Shown: positions 10,304 through 20,010, counted from the first letter of the stretch. The stretch: DNA of 30,774 nt from Thermoproteota archaeon (GCA_032249235.1 JAVVGF010000007.1:1-30774); one strand, 5' to 3'. Notes: generated by a model not told the origin, from the letters alone. A program made the numbers and translations.

Positions 10304-10607
10304 TCAGGTTCGATAGTAGTTTGCTTGCATCTCTTAACGATTTCCACTTTCGTTATTATTTTCAAAACTTTAAGCTCTTTTATTCTTTATATCAGTTTGA
10401 AATCTTTATAGTATTCTAAAACATTGGAAGGAAATTATCGAAATAATGTTTCCTAAATCTCCCTTAAATATTCATTTCCAAGTAGCTAAAATTGATAAGG
10501 GAATAATCAAACCATCTAATTAAATGTTATGTTTAGTAAATGTTTATAGAAAACTTAAATCTAAGAAAATGAATTTTTAGAAAGATCAAAGATCTTTTTA
10601 TTAATTG

Positions 10608-11285
10608 TTAAAGTGTTAATTTTTTAGCGGCTTCTCTATGTATTGGATCAGCAAATTCGTATTTTTCATTCTCTTTTAATAGTATACTTAGATCCATTAG
10701 TCGACATAAACTATAATATAGTGTTTTATTAGGAACACGTGCACCTGTCCAGATTTCAACAGCTCTCTTTATTGCACTCCAATTCTTATATCCCATAGCA
10801 ATAGCTCTTAATACATGTTTGTAAAGGCTACCATATCTTACGATCCTATCTAATTCGCCGGTAACCATCTTTATGGCTTCTTCTAACACTCTATCTAGCA
10901 CATCAAATCTCTTGTTCTGAACAGCTTTATATCCATAAAATGCAAGCCAACCAGGTATCCCATTTAACACCCCAACAACTTCTTCTAAAATAGTCTTTGG
11001 AGGATGCATTCCAACTTCATTAAAGCCTGTTTCTAGAAACCTTATTGAATCTTCTTTCGAAAATCTATTCAATACAATTTCATCTCTTACCCTTCCATAA
11101 AGAGGACTAGCATAGTTGTCAAACTCAAGGAAGTCGTAGAGCAATCCAACCTCTGAGCCCTTAAAATAAACTTAATACTGCGTAAATTATCATAACAATA
11201 AGCCATAATTTGTCTGAAGTCTACCTTATTATAACCTCTTAGAAATTTCAATTCTTGAACCTCATCTATGACTATGAGGAAGTAT
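10608..11285 (-). pseudogene. 5'-truncated, frameshifted archaeal ATPase (ATPase_2-like)
   Basis: FLIVIDEVQEL (Walker B)...YCYDN...KFIL, then a frameshift near 11160 into GSEVGLLYDFL...SPLYGR...GIPGWL...FADP. No Walker A present. Confidence 0.8.
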
Positions 11286-11301
11286 CATTCTTCTAATATG
11301 T

Positions 11302-12083
11302 CTAGAAAATCATCAACTCTGTGTTAAGGTTTTCGTCTATTATAAGCATATGCTTATTAGGTATGTTTTCCCATGGTTCTTTTGTTAATTTTTCTGATGC
11401 TACAATGATTGCCTTCTCACCTGAAGCCAGCTTCATTCTTATTAACTGAGCTGTCTTTTCAGATAAACCCTCTAGCCTAAGTCCTTCGCGAGGTCTTTTG
11501 AGATAAAACAGTGTATAATAGTCTAAGCTCTCCTCAGCATACCGTAATGCATAAAGCTTTCTGCCATCGCTTGCAATAAAGTTTAGGGAACTGTAGCTTA
11601 TGTTGTTAGCATTGATTTTAGCTATAGCTCTTTTAACTCCCTCGACGAAATTGTTTGAATTGTTAGCTTCTTGGACTATTAGGTGAAATAAAGCCTCAGA
11701 ATCAGTAACACCTTCAAGGTCAAGATATTCAGGAGATAGAAGTTCTAAAACCTTATCCCTATCATGAATTGTACCATTATGAGCAAAAACATAACCTTTG
11801 TAGAGCCAAGGATGTGTTTTTCCAACTTAGCTTTTCCTTGTGTAGCAAATCTAACATGAGATACTACTATAACTCCATAAACATCTTTAGCAAGCTTTTT
11901 AGCATTCTTTGACAGATAGAGAGGCCAAGGTTCTTTATATAAATGCCAGCCTTCATGAAACCATGCTATGCCCCAACCATCAGGATTATATCTTGAGAGT
12001 TTTTCTAAACTTTTCTCAGCTTCATAAAAGCTGAACTGAACGTTAACACCTCGATTGGCATATAAGCCGAAAAGTCTACACAT
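11302..12083 (-). pseudogene. Class II (Ntn) glutamine amidotransferase, YafJ/EgtC-like, single frameshift
   Basis: N-terminal MCRL, NPDGWG, HVRFAT. One base is missing at 11817-11821, after which the frame reads THPW...FAHNG...GVTDSE...LNF...SDG...VASE to TAG at 11302. Confidence 0.85.
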
Positions 12084-12204
12084 ATTTCTCCTATATTAGA
12101 TATAATAGATTCAAGTTTTTATTTCTTAATTTACAATCTTTTGATGATAAAATCTAGGTTTTAAAAAACTTAGCAAAGAATTTGAGTATTTGCTAAAATT
12201 AAAT

Positions 12205-12455
12205 TTATAATGCTAAGATTACTTCAGCTTCCTTTAATTTGCCCATAGCTATATCGACTTTTAATCCTGAACCTTATAGCACAGGAACTTAATACTTCTT
12301 AATCCTTCTCTTCTCGGAAAATTATGATCGTAAATTCTTTCCTTCCATCTATTTATATTTCAGCTCTTCCTATTCTTCTTAAATTTCGCCTGAAATAGTT
12401 TTGAAAGTTTTTCTGCATGTGGTTTTATTCCTATTTTCTCTAGTTCATTTTTATT
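12205..12455 (-). pseudogene. Heavily decayed retropepsin-like protease C-terminal remnant
   Basis: Mixed frames give ELEKIGIKPH...RIGRAEI*IDGRK..TIIIF..EEKD*EVL...L*GSGLKVDIAMGKLKEAEVILAL*, paralleling the C-termini of the 9409 and 9952 proteases. Confidence 0.55.
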
Positions 12456-12503
12456 AATCTAAGTAATTAGTTTCCATACTTATAAGAACCTTAAGCCTTT
12501 ATA

Positions 12504-12535
12504 AGTTACATTGGTAACTAGTTACATAAGTAACT
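12504..12535. promoter_or_regulatory. Tandem pair of 16-bp palindromes (AGTTAC-N4-GTAACT x2) between TATA box and ATG
   Basis: AGTTACattgGTAACT at 12504-12519 and AGTTACataaGTAACT at 12520-12535; TTTATAA at 12498-12504; ATG at 12536. Confidence 0.75.
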
Positions 12536-13507
12536 ATGCTCTTTGACCTACATCCTAAGGAAAGCAGAAAAGATCTTTTCGGTAGAGATAATGAATATAG
12601 AGAGTTGGAAAGATTGGTAAAAACAGAATGGGTTGTAGTTTTAGGAAGGAGAATGGTTGGGAAGTCAAGCCTTGTGAAAACGTTTGTTAAAGAACATGAT
12701 GGCATTTATATAAATTTAAGCGGCACGAGAGGATTTAAAGATCTTATTGCATCGATAGCTTCGCAACTAGGATATTCTCTTAAGGAATTAAGTTTAGATT
12801 TAAAGTTCCTAGAATTTAAGTGGAGCAGGATTGCAGAGGATATATTTTCTAGATTAAAAAATAAAATTGTTGCTTTGGATGAAGTTCAATACGTTTCCTC
12901 AATACATTTCCTTAGGTTATTAAAAAGAATTTGGGATACTTATCCTAATATAAGAATTATTTTTACTGGTTCAATGGTAGGATTGATCAATAAGCTTTTA
13001 AACCCTTCACCTTCATCCCCGCTATATGGTAGGAAGCCAGTTGTTCTTAATCTTCAACCTTTTAGTAAGGAGAAATCAAAAGAATTCCTCATTAGAGGAT
13101 TTAACGAATTCAACATCAATGTAAGTACAGAAGAAATAGAGAAAGTAGTTGAAAGATTAAACGGATATCCTGGATGGCTAGCATATTTTGGAAATTTTAG
13201 ATGCGTAAGAAAGCTCGACTTTGATAATTCTTTAAGATCTGTTATAGATGAGGGTGTGAAGATTTTCGAAGAAGAAGTCGAAAACTTTCTTCAAGGAAAG
13301 AAAAGAGAAAATTACATAAAAGCATTGAGAATAATAAGCTTAGGAGCTAGATGGAGCGAGCTGAAAAAAGAGCTTATGGTAAACAATAAAGTATTAAGAG
13401 ATATCCTTATGAACTTAAAGAATGCTATGCTAATAGCTGAGGATGATGGATATTACTACATACCTGATCCTGTATTAAGAATAGCTATTAAGAACATTCG
13501 AGCTTAA
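12536..13507 (+). CDS. Archaeal AAA+ ATPase (ATPase_2-like) with probable C-terminal winged helix
   Basis: MLFDLHPK..R.DLFGR, Walker A GRRMVGKS, LDEVQ, TGSMVG, PLYGR, GYPGWL, C-terminal WSELK...L.NLK...DP. Confidence 0.9.
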   Translation: MLFDLHPKESRKDLFGRDNEYRELERLVKTEWVVVLGRRMVGKSSLVKTFVKEHDGIYINLSGTRGFKDLIASIASQLGYSLKELSLDLKFLEFKWSRIAEDIFSRLKNKIVALDEVQYVSSIHFLRLLKRIWDTYPNIRIIFTGSMVGLINKLLNPSPSSPLYGRKPVVLNLQPFSKEKSKEFLIRGFNEFNINVSTEEIEKVVERLNGYPGWLAYFGNFRCVRKLDFDNSLRSVIDEGVKIFEEEVENFLQGKKRENYIKALRIISLGARWSELKKELMVNNKVLRDILMNLKNAMLIAEDDGYYYIPDPVLRIAIKNIRA

Positions 13508-13735
13508 CTTTAGGTATAACTCTATTTCAATTACTAAGATATTTTGCAAAAACTTAGCAAAAATTCTTATACTAATACTCTTCTTTAAAAAAATTTTTAT
13601 TTAATCCTTTATTTTTTAAATTTTTTTAAGATTTTAAAATGAAGACAAATAAATGTTATTTCATTTCTTTTATGAGTAATCTATTTACAATCAAAGATGT
13701 TTGAGTAGTGAGCAATCTAATTCTTTAAATTTATA

Positions 13736-13771
13736 TTTTTCGTTGCGGAAATATTTTTCGGGGCGGAAATA
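13736..13771. promoter_or_regulatory. Tandem 18-bp imperfect palindromes abutting the ATG
   Basis: tttttcgttgcggaaata (13736-13753) and tttttcggggcggaaata (13754-13771); TTTATA immediately upstream; ATG at 13772. Confidence 0.7.
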
Positions 13772-14848
13772 ATGTTATTCGATGTAAGACCAAAGATATC
13801 TAGGAAAGATCTTTACAATTTTGAAAAGGAGATGGAAGAAATAATAAGAAATCTAGATAAGCCTATGATTGTTGTCTCAGGATTAAGAAGAACAGGCAAA
13901 ACTTCACTTGTTTTAACTTCACTTCGAGAGAGCAATTCCAAATTCCTTTTAATAGATTTAAGAGAAGGGTTCCGTTCATATAGGGAGCTTTATTTGTTGC
14001 TTTCAAAAAGTGTAAATGACTTTATTTTAAGTATATCATATTTAGAAAAAATAAAAGATTTGTTTTTAAAATTTTTAAAATCATTAAGAGGTGTATCAAT
14101 AACAGATTATTCTGTTTCTTTTAGTTGGGGAAAGGATCGCTTTTTATTAACAGAATTTTTTGAAAGATTAAACGAATTCGGAGAAAAAATCGGAGAAAGA
14201 ATTATAGTAGTATTTGATGAATTTCAAAAATCTACAGGAAATTTGGGATTGGTTTTACAAGATGCGATATCTTATTCCTATGATTATCATAGAAACATAT
14301 CATTCATATTGACAGGTTCAGAAATGGGAATACTTTATGGTATATTAAAGAATCCTAAAAATCCTTTGTTCGGAAGAGCTTTCATAAATATTAACACAAG
14401 AAAGCTAAATAAAGAAGAATCTATCGATTTTTTAGAAAAAGGATTTAGCGAGTTAAACATAAAAGTATCAAAAGAAGAAGTTGAAAAAGTAGCAAGCGAA
14501 TTAGATGGAATAATAGGCTGGTTAACATATTACGGATACCAAAGGATGATGGGAAAGGAAGATTTTGAAGAAATAAAAAAAGATGCTGTTGAGCTGGCTA
14601 AACAGGAATTAGAGAACTTTATCAAACTAACAGTAAGTAAAAGATATAAAATTGTTCTTAAACTTTTGGCTGAAGAAATAAAGGAATGGAGTTCGCTAAA
14701 AAGAAATGTTGAAAAGTATGAAGGAAAGGAAATAAGCAATAGAGTGTTATATGAAATTTTGCAACAATTGAAAAGGCATTCAATAATTGATGAAGAAAAT
14801 AACTTTACGGATCCAATATATAAAGAAGCATCAAAGTTACTTAGCTAG
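13772..14848 (+). CDS. Archaeal AAA+ ATPase (ATPase_2-like) with probable C-terminal winged helix
   Basis: MLFDVRPK, Walker A GLRRTGKT, FDEFQ, TGSEMG, PLFGR, GIIGWL, WSSLK, FTDP. Confidence 0.9.
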   Translation: MLFDVRPKISRKDLYNFEKEMEEIIRNLDKPMIVVSGLRRTGKTSLVLTSLRESNSKFLLIDLREGFRSYRELYLLLSKSVNDFILSISYLEKIKDLFLKFLKSLRGVSITDYSVSFSWGKDRFLLTEFFERLNEFGEKIGERIIVVFDEFQKSTGNLGLVLQDAISYSYDYHRNISFILTGSEMGILYGILKNPKNPLFGRAFININTRKLNKEESIDFLEKGFSELNIKVSKEEVEKVASELDGIIGWLTYYGYQRMMGKEDFEEIKKDAVELAKQELENFIKLTVSKRYKIVLKLLAEEIKEWSSLKRNVEKYEGKEISNRVLYEILQQLKRHSIIDEENNFTDPIYKEASKLLS

Positions 14849-14970
14849 TCTAATTAAAATTTCATTCCGATTAAATAATTCCAAATGAACCCTACAACAA
14901 ACGGCTGGTAATCTTAATATATAGGATTAAAAACGAACATATAGGTATAGAGTTACCATCATTTTATTTT

Positions 14971-15015
14971 CTGACTTCCATCGCCCTAAAGAGCAGGCTT
15001 TCATTTCTTTGTAAA
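14971..15015 (-). mobile_element. Miniature IS200/IS605-end-like palindromic element (degenerate)
   Basis: Minus strand tttacaaagaaatgaaagcctgctctttagggcgatggaagtcag resembles IS605-family subterminal hairpins (GCCCTTTAGGGC...GAAGTCA); a related copy lies at 23110. Confidence 0.6.
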
Positions 15016-15166
15016 TATATGAATAAGCTTCAAATTCGTTACAGTCCAGCTAAGCCAACTTAACTTCTTATTTTTTAGAATTAATATTATTACACAATAT
15101 AATGGATTAAGAAGTATTCATCAAAGCATCAAAAGTATTCTTAAATATTTTCTTAAACATATTCTT

Positions 15167-16075
15167 TTGAGGGTGCAAAGCGAGCTTAAGGAAAAATTCC
15201 TTGAATTGCTAGATAAGGATAAAGAATTTCGCTATGCTGTAGCAGGCTATTTGGGGCTTGCTGATATTCTTAAAAGATTAGATAGATTTGAAGAAACTCA
15301 AACTAAAATTCTCGAAGAAATAAAGGAAATTAGAATAGAGCAAAGTAAATTATGGGAGAATCAGAACAAATTGTGGGAAGAAATAAAGAGCTTAAGAGAA
15401 AATCAAGAGAGATTAATGGAAAATCAGAATAAAATGTGGGAAGAAATACGAAGTCTGAGAGAAGATCAAAAAAGATTATGGGAGAACCAAAATAAAATGT
15501 GGGAAGAAATAAGGAATCTCAGAGAAGGCCAAAACCAAATTTGGAAAGAAATAAAGAGCCTTAGAGAGGATCAGAATAAAATGTGGGAAGAAATACGAAG
15601 TCTGAGAGAAGGCCAAAATAAAATATGGAAGGAAATTAAAAACATACGCTTAGAGATGAAAGCTATGCGCGAAGAACAGAGAAGGCTCAGTATTACTGTT
15701 GAAAGATTAACTATTTCAGTAGAAGAAGAAGCGAGGGATGTTATAAGCTACAGGCTAAATAAAGAACTCGGTATAGAAATTAAGCTTGACAGATTGTTCA
15801 TAAAAGGAAGAGAAATTAATATCTATGGTGCAAGCGGGGACATTTGCGTAATCGGAGAAGCTTCCGTTAGATTAGGGCCTCGAATAGTGAATGAGGTGGA
15901 GAAAAAAATTGAACTGATTAGGAAATATAAGCCTGAGCTTTTAAGACCTAAGTTAATAAAAGTAATATATACAGACATTGTTCTTCCTCGTGTTTTGGAA
16001 CTTGCTTCTGAGAATAATATTTGGGTATTGAACTGGAAAGGAGATTTGCTTCCTATGAAAATAATTCAATCATAG
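15167..16075 (+). CDS. Heptad-repeat coiled-coil protein with C-terminal nuclease-like domain
   Basis: N-terminal LL.KDKEFRYAVAGYLG, repeated QNKMWEE/IRSLRE heptads, C-terminal EINIYG...IGEASVR. Start may be GTG at 15173. Confidence 0.8.
   Translation: MRVQSELKEKFLELLDKDKEFRYAVAGYLGLADILKRLDRFEETQTKILEEIKEIRIEQSKLWENQNKLWEEIKSLRENQERLMENQNKMWEEIRSLREDQKRLWENQNKMWEEIRNLREGQNQIWKEIKSLREDQNKMWEEIRSLREGQNKIWKEIKNIRLEMKAMREEQRRLSITVERLTISVEEEARDVISYRLNKELGIEIKLDRLFIKGREINIYGASGDICVIGEASVRLGPRIVNEVEKKIELIRKYKPELLRPKLIKVIYTDIVLPRVLELASENNIWVLNWKGDLLPMKIIQS
15350..15640 (+). repeat. Intragenic 21-bp-module tandem repeat region
   Basis: Includes two identical 42-bp blocks (15423-15464 and 15570-15611) 147 bp apart. 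Confidence 0.85.
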
Positions 16076-16402
16076 TTATAATTCATAAGACTTACTTTTC
16101 AAGCTTAATTTTATACAATGTATGTTTTGTCCATTCAATAAAGAATATTATAATTATATGAGTAAAATGAAAAAATTATCATTATCATTCCTGCAGATAT
16201 ACTTCTTAAGATACAAAATATTGTTAGAAATACTAAGTATATCTTATTCATTTGGTCAAGATATAAATTAAAAATTATCTGAGGCTACTTTTATTCATTG
16301 TTAAATCAAATCTTCTCCTAATTAAAATTATTTAGAGAAACTTTGAAGTAAAACTTCGAGATAAAGGGGATAGAAAAGCAATTATATGTGAGAAAAAATT
16401 CT

Positions 16403-16582
16403 TTACTCCTTTTTAATTGCTTTTTTAACTGCTTCAACCACTTCCTTCGGAACTTCTCTTAGACCATGCGACTTTTCTGCATGAACTTTCGCTATGGAAA
16501 GCACTTCATCTTCGCTTGTTGCTCCTTTAACTTCGAAACCGCAGTTCATACCTGCATCTTTACATTTAAAACTGTATGGCAT
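16403..16582 (-). CDS. DUF1059-like small metal-binding protein (59 aa, absent from the ORF track)
   Basis: MPYSFKCKDAGMNCGFEVKGATSEDEVLSIAKVHAEKSHGLREVPKEVVEAVKKAIKKE*, with a C-x6-C and H-x4-H pattern. Confidence 0.85.
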   Translation of the reverse strand: MPYSFKCKDAGMNCGFEVKGATSEDEVLSIAKVHAEKSHGLREVPKEVVEAVKKAIKKE

Positions 16583-16933
16583 AATTATCAGTTCATTATA
16601 GCATATTTAAATTTAATGTTTACACATTAGCAATACAATGTAATACAATTATGATAAATTTAAAATAGTACGCTATTATAGGATGTCTAACTAATAATTG
16701 CAATATCTAATTCCTCAAATAATGGATATATGAGTTGAGATACTAAATGATTATATCTGTTCCAACAATTTGGGAGCGTTAAAGAAGGATGGGAAAATTT
16801 TAATAAAATATCGGAGATGGTAACAGAGCAGGTCATGAACGGAGAAGTCTCAAGAAAAGATTTCGAGAATCTCATAAAAACCTTTCATGAAAGTGTGGTA
16901 AGAGAGGCTTTAAGGACATAGTAAATCTAATAA

Positions 16934-16954
16934 ATAACATATAACATATAACAT
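16934..16954. promoter_or_regulatory. Three perfect ATAACAT heptad repeats, probable antitoxin operator
   Basis: ATAACAT x3 ending 3 bp before the antitoxin ATG. Confidence 0.6.
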
Positions 16955-16957
16955 ACT

Positions 16958-17176
16958 ATGGTTAAGGTGCCTACAAATGTAACAATAGATATTGAAACAA
17001 GGAAAAGACTTGAAGAAGTTGCAAAGAAAGAAAAGAAAACAATGTCAGAAATAATAGAAGAAGCTTTACAAGAATATTTTAAAAAACTTGAATCAATAAG
17101 ATCGATGAAAGGAGCATTTCCACAATTAAAACCGCTAACACAAGAAGAGGAAAAAGAAATAGAAGGTTCGATATGA
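16958..17176 (+). CDS. vapB: Ribbon-helix-helix (CopG-like) antitoxin
   Basis: VTIDI beta strand followed by two helices (RLEEVAKKE, MSEIIEEAL); ATGA overlap with the PIN gene. Confidence 0.8.
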   Translation: MVKVPTNVTIDIETRKRLEEVAKKEKKTMSEIIEEALQEYFKKLESIRSMKGAFPQLKPLTQEEEKEIEGSI

Positions 17177-17559
17177 ATTCATATGTTTTAGATACCTATG
17201 CTTGGGTAGAATATTTTAGAGGAACTAATTTAGCTGATAAAGTTGAAGTTATCTTAAATGAAAAATGTTTTACTCCAACAATTGTAATAGCTGAGCTTCA
17301 AACAAAGTTTCTAAAAGAGAACTTAGATTTTACTCAAGCTGTTAATTTCATTGAAGCAAAAACAATTACAATACCACTTACTACTAATATAGCAATATTG
17401 GCTGGAAAAATAAACTTCGAAAGAAAAAAGCTTAATCCTCATTGGAGTTTATACGATTCTATTATATTGGCAACAGCAAGGGAAATTAAAGCAAAAATTG
17501 TTACTGGAGATGAGGATTTTGCAGATTTGAAAGATGAAGTATTGATGTTAAAAATATAA
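17173..17559 (+). CDS. vapC: PIN-domain toxin
   Basis: VLDTYAWVEYF, IVIAE, SLYDSIILATA, VTGDEDF; acidic PIN residues intact. Confidence 0.92.
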   Translation: MNSYVLDTYAWVEYFRGTNLADKVEVILNEKCFTPTIVIAELQTKFLKENLDFTQAVNFIEAKTITIPLTTNIAILAGKINFERKKLNPHWSLYDSIILATAREIKAKIVTGDEDFADLKDEVLMLKI

Positions 17560-18190
17560 CTAAATATTTTAAATCTTATAATTTTATAAAATTTAAAATT
17601 GTCTTTTCCTTATTAACGAGGAGTAACATTTTCATGATAAAACTAATTCACAAGTGTGCAGAAATAATGCTCGATGATACCGCTCTTCATGATATTCTCT
17701 CTATGGAATAAACCGATACTTTCAAAATAGCATATGAGATCTTTAGCAAGTTTGCTATGATGGTTAGTAAAATTAAAGGGTTTGATATCGTTTTAGCATG
17801 GAATAATATACAAAGGAAAAGTTCCTCTAAAGCAATATAATATTGCTAAACTTCTATAAATCTCGGATTTAAACTAAGGTAAAGTAATATAGAATTATTA
17901 GAATTTTTTATATCTATTCAACGTCCTTATTATAAGTTATGATAATATTGTTATGAGCTTTTCGATTTTGAGTGTTATATCTTTGAAGTCTTCATGTTAA
18001 ATAGCCCTGAAGCCTAGCGATGATAGGTTATCCTTCTAAGGAGTCCGCACTCTTCTAGTTTCTTCTTAAGGAAATATTATAGACATAAGAATTCTTGTGA
18101 CATTCTTTTCTTCTTTGCCTAAATGGTAGATATCTTCGTACAGATGATGTACATGTAAGGATCACTATTTATAATGTAAGTTTTCAGATT

Positions 18191-18593
18191 TTAAATATAA
18201 AGCCCGCTTGCTTTCTTTGCTTTATCTACTTTTTTAAGAGTATTTCATCATATGTTATTAAGGGTGCTTCTAAACTGTTTGAAAGAGAAACATACAATGA
18301 ATCATAAACTGTAATATCATTTTCAAAGGCTATTTTAATTGCATCATAAATCAATTCTTCGAACCTATGTAATACTAAACCAATTTGCATTGCAGCTTTT
18401 ATTCCTAATTCAACATCATTTTCACTAAGATTAGAGTATCTTAGAACGTTTGCGAGTTCAATGAAAATTAAATCAGGAACATGCGCTTCTAGTTTTTTGT
18501 TAGCTATTTCATTTATTATTCTTTTCATATAATCAGATTCCTTTTCTATTAAAAACCACTTAGCTATCGCACTTGCATCAAAACTATTTTCAT
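18191..18593 (-). pseudogene. vapC: Frameshifted PIN-domain toxin
   Basis: ATG 18593 overlaps the antitoxin stop (ATGA). MKIV, then one base missing (18580-18583) before DASAIAKWF...ELANVL...TVYDSLY...LITYD. A second probable slip at 18230-18235 cuts off VDKAKKASGLYI*. Confidence 0.8.
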
Positions 18594-18808
18594 TTCTCTC
18601 TAAATTCCCTAATTAAATTCTTAGCTTCCTTCTCTAACTTTGCTTTCTTTGAAATTTCCTCCATCTTTGCAATTGCCCATTCTATCTCTTTTTTTCTTAC
18701 TTCTTCTTCCAATGCTTTTCTTAAAGTTTCACTTATATTTAGACCGTATTCTTTAGCTTTCTCAACGAGTTCCTTCTTAACTTTAGTAGACACAGTAACG
18801 TAGCTCAT
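18590..18808 (-). CDS. vapB: RHH antitoxin (CcdA/VapB-like)
   Basis: VTVSTKVKKELVEKAKEYGLNISETLRKALEEEV, C-terminal LIREFRE; directly upstream of the PIN pseudogene. Confidence 0.85.
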   Translation of the reverse strand: MSYVTVSTKVKKELVEKAKEYGLNISETLRKALEEEVRKKEIEWAIAKMEEISKKAKLEKEAKNLIREFREK

Positions 18809-18927
18809 GTATTTATTGCCTTATATGTAGGATATTAAATTACTTCCATATAATAAGTTATGAATATTCGATTGTAGGACTGCTTAATATTTCAAATTTC
18901 ATAATTTCTGTAGTTAAAAATAACTGA

Positions 18928-19030
18928 ATGATGAGGATTGATAGAGAATTAGGGAAAGAAGGTTTTCAAAGAATTAATTTCTTAGAAACTAAATCAGATT
19001 TACCTATAATTGTTGAAGTTCTACACAGAG
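18928..19030 (+). pseudogene. Possible DUF190-like internal remnant
   Basis: ELGKEGFQRINFLETKSDLPIIVEV resembles the GFG...LE.S.DLPIVVE motif; fragment only. Confidence 0.35.
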
Positions 19031-19129
19031 TAATAGTTTTAGTAAATTCCATAAGCTGTGGAATACGTCGATTTAGGTGAACTAGTAATGCTTGAGACAA
19101 AGGATGCTGTTGGAAGCCAAGTTAAGAGT

Positions 19130-19373
19130 AAAGATATGGCTTTTCTACACTTTTAAAAACTTCTTCAGTTACCATTTTAACATTTCTATACATTTAATCT
19201 TCTAAAATATGTTTAAATACTTTATCTCTTTTCATAAATTATTCGCATTTCCTTTTTCACGTCTTCCATATATGGATTTAAACTACTAAATATTCCAAGA
19301 TCAACTTTCTTTTAAATATCCTTTTCAATTCATTTTCTATTCTAACCAAATCTAAAAGACTTTTTCCATTTCC
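19130..19373 (-). pseudogene. Remnant of an MNT nucleotidyltransferase-HEPN (DUF86-like) toxin-antitoxin pair
   Basis: KSLLDLVRIENELKRIFKRK/VDLGIFSSLNPYMEDVKKEMRIIYEKR* overlaps MKRDKVFKHILED* (ATG at 19235). Confidence 0.65.
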
Positions 19374-19524
19374 TCGGTTAGTTTAATTCTTAAATAGTTT
19401 ATAGATTCATCAGAAGTCATTTTTTGGCTTTCTTTAACTAGTTCATTTAGAAAATCAAGAAAATCGGGTTTCCACCACCAGTTTTCTTCAACTAGATTTG
19501 ATATTGACAAGACTCTTCACTAAT

Positions 19525-19544
19525 CTTGTCAATATGTTGACAAG
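19525..19544. promoter_or_regulatory. Perfect inverted repeat CTTGTCAA-N4-TTGACAAG with an extra half-site at 19504-19511
   Basis: Read directly from the sequence; lies just upstream of a minus-strand 52-aa ORF (19352-19510) beginning LSISNLVEENWWWK. Confidence 0.55.
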
Positions 19545-19889
19545 TATTTTAATTTGTGGTTATATTAATTAAGAGGTATTAATAAAACAAAATTTAGAAA
19601 GGATGTTGAAATTAAGGCTAATGTCAGAACAAGTAGATATGTGGTAGCTAAGGTAGCAAATTGTCCCATCAAGAATTCTGTGCTAATAATTCGAAAGTTC
19701 TTGTAATGCTATTTATTCTAAAAGTTTTACCTTTTAAAATCAAAGCAGAGAAAAATATGTTGCATCCACAATTAAAATCATTGACTTTAGCTTTTCATAT
19801 TCTAGATATGAAAATGTTAATAGAAATAAGCTTTGAATAAAAATGAAGAACATATTAAAAAATTTAATTAAGACCTTTAAAGTTACAAA

Positions 19890-20010
19890 GAAAATATTGG
19901 GCTGAAGTATCATTTAAAGAGGTTGGAGAGGAAATTAGCAGAAGTCTCGAAATTAGTGGTTGATACTTCATTCATATTACCTTATTTTGGAATCAAAGTC
20001 AAGGAGAGAA
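19890..20010 (+). pseudogene. vapBC remnant (antitoxin tail plus PIN N-terminus)
   Basis: KEVGEEISRSLEISG* overlaps KLVVDTSFILPYFGIKVKE; no continuation downstream. Confidence 0.5.

Noticed and set aside
11815-11825. Programmed -1 frameshift in the amidotransferase
   Set aside because: GGAAAAAC is not a canonical slippery heptamer and no stimulatory structure is evident; a simple deletion fits better.
12164-13561. 14-bp direct repeat aaaaacttagcaaa flanking the first intact ATPase_2 gene
   Set aside because: AT-rich 14-mer matches are expected by chance in 30 kb of this composition, and no recombinase is present.
15350-15640. Regularly spaced repeats as a CRISPR array
   Set aside because: They are in-frame coding heptads with synonymous variation and no unique spacers.
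16687-16921. Plus-strand coding-like scrap LYLFQQFGSVKEGW...REALRT* and the track ORF 16687-16875
   Set aside because: Probably a gene remnant, but I cannot assign a family; the minus ORF is its shadow.
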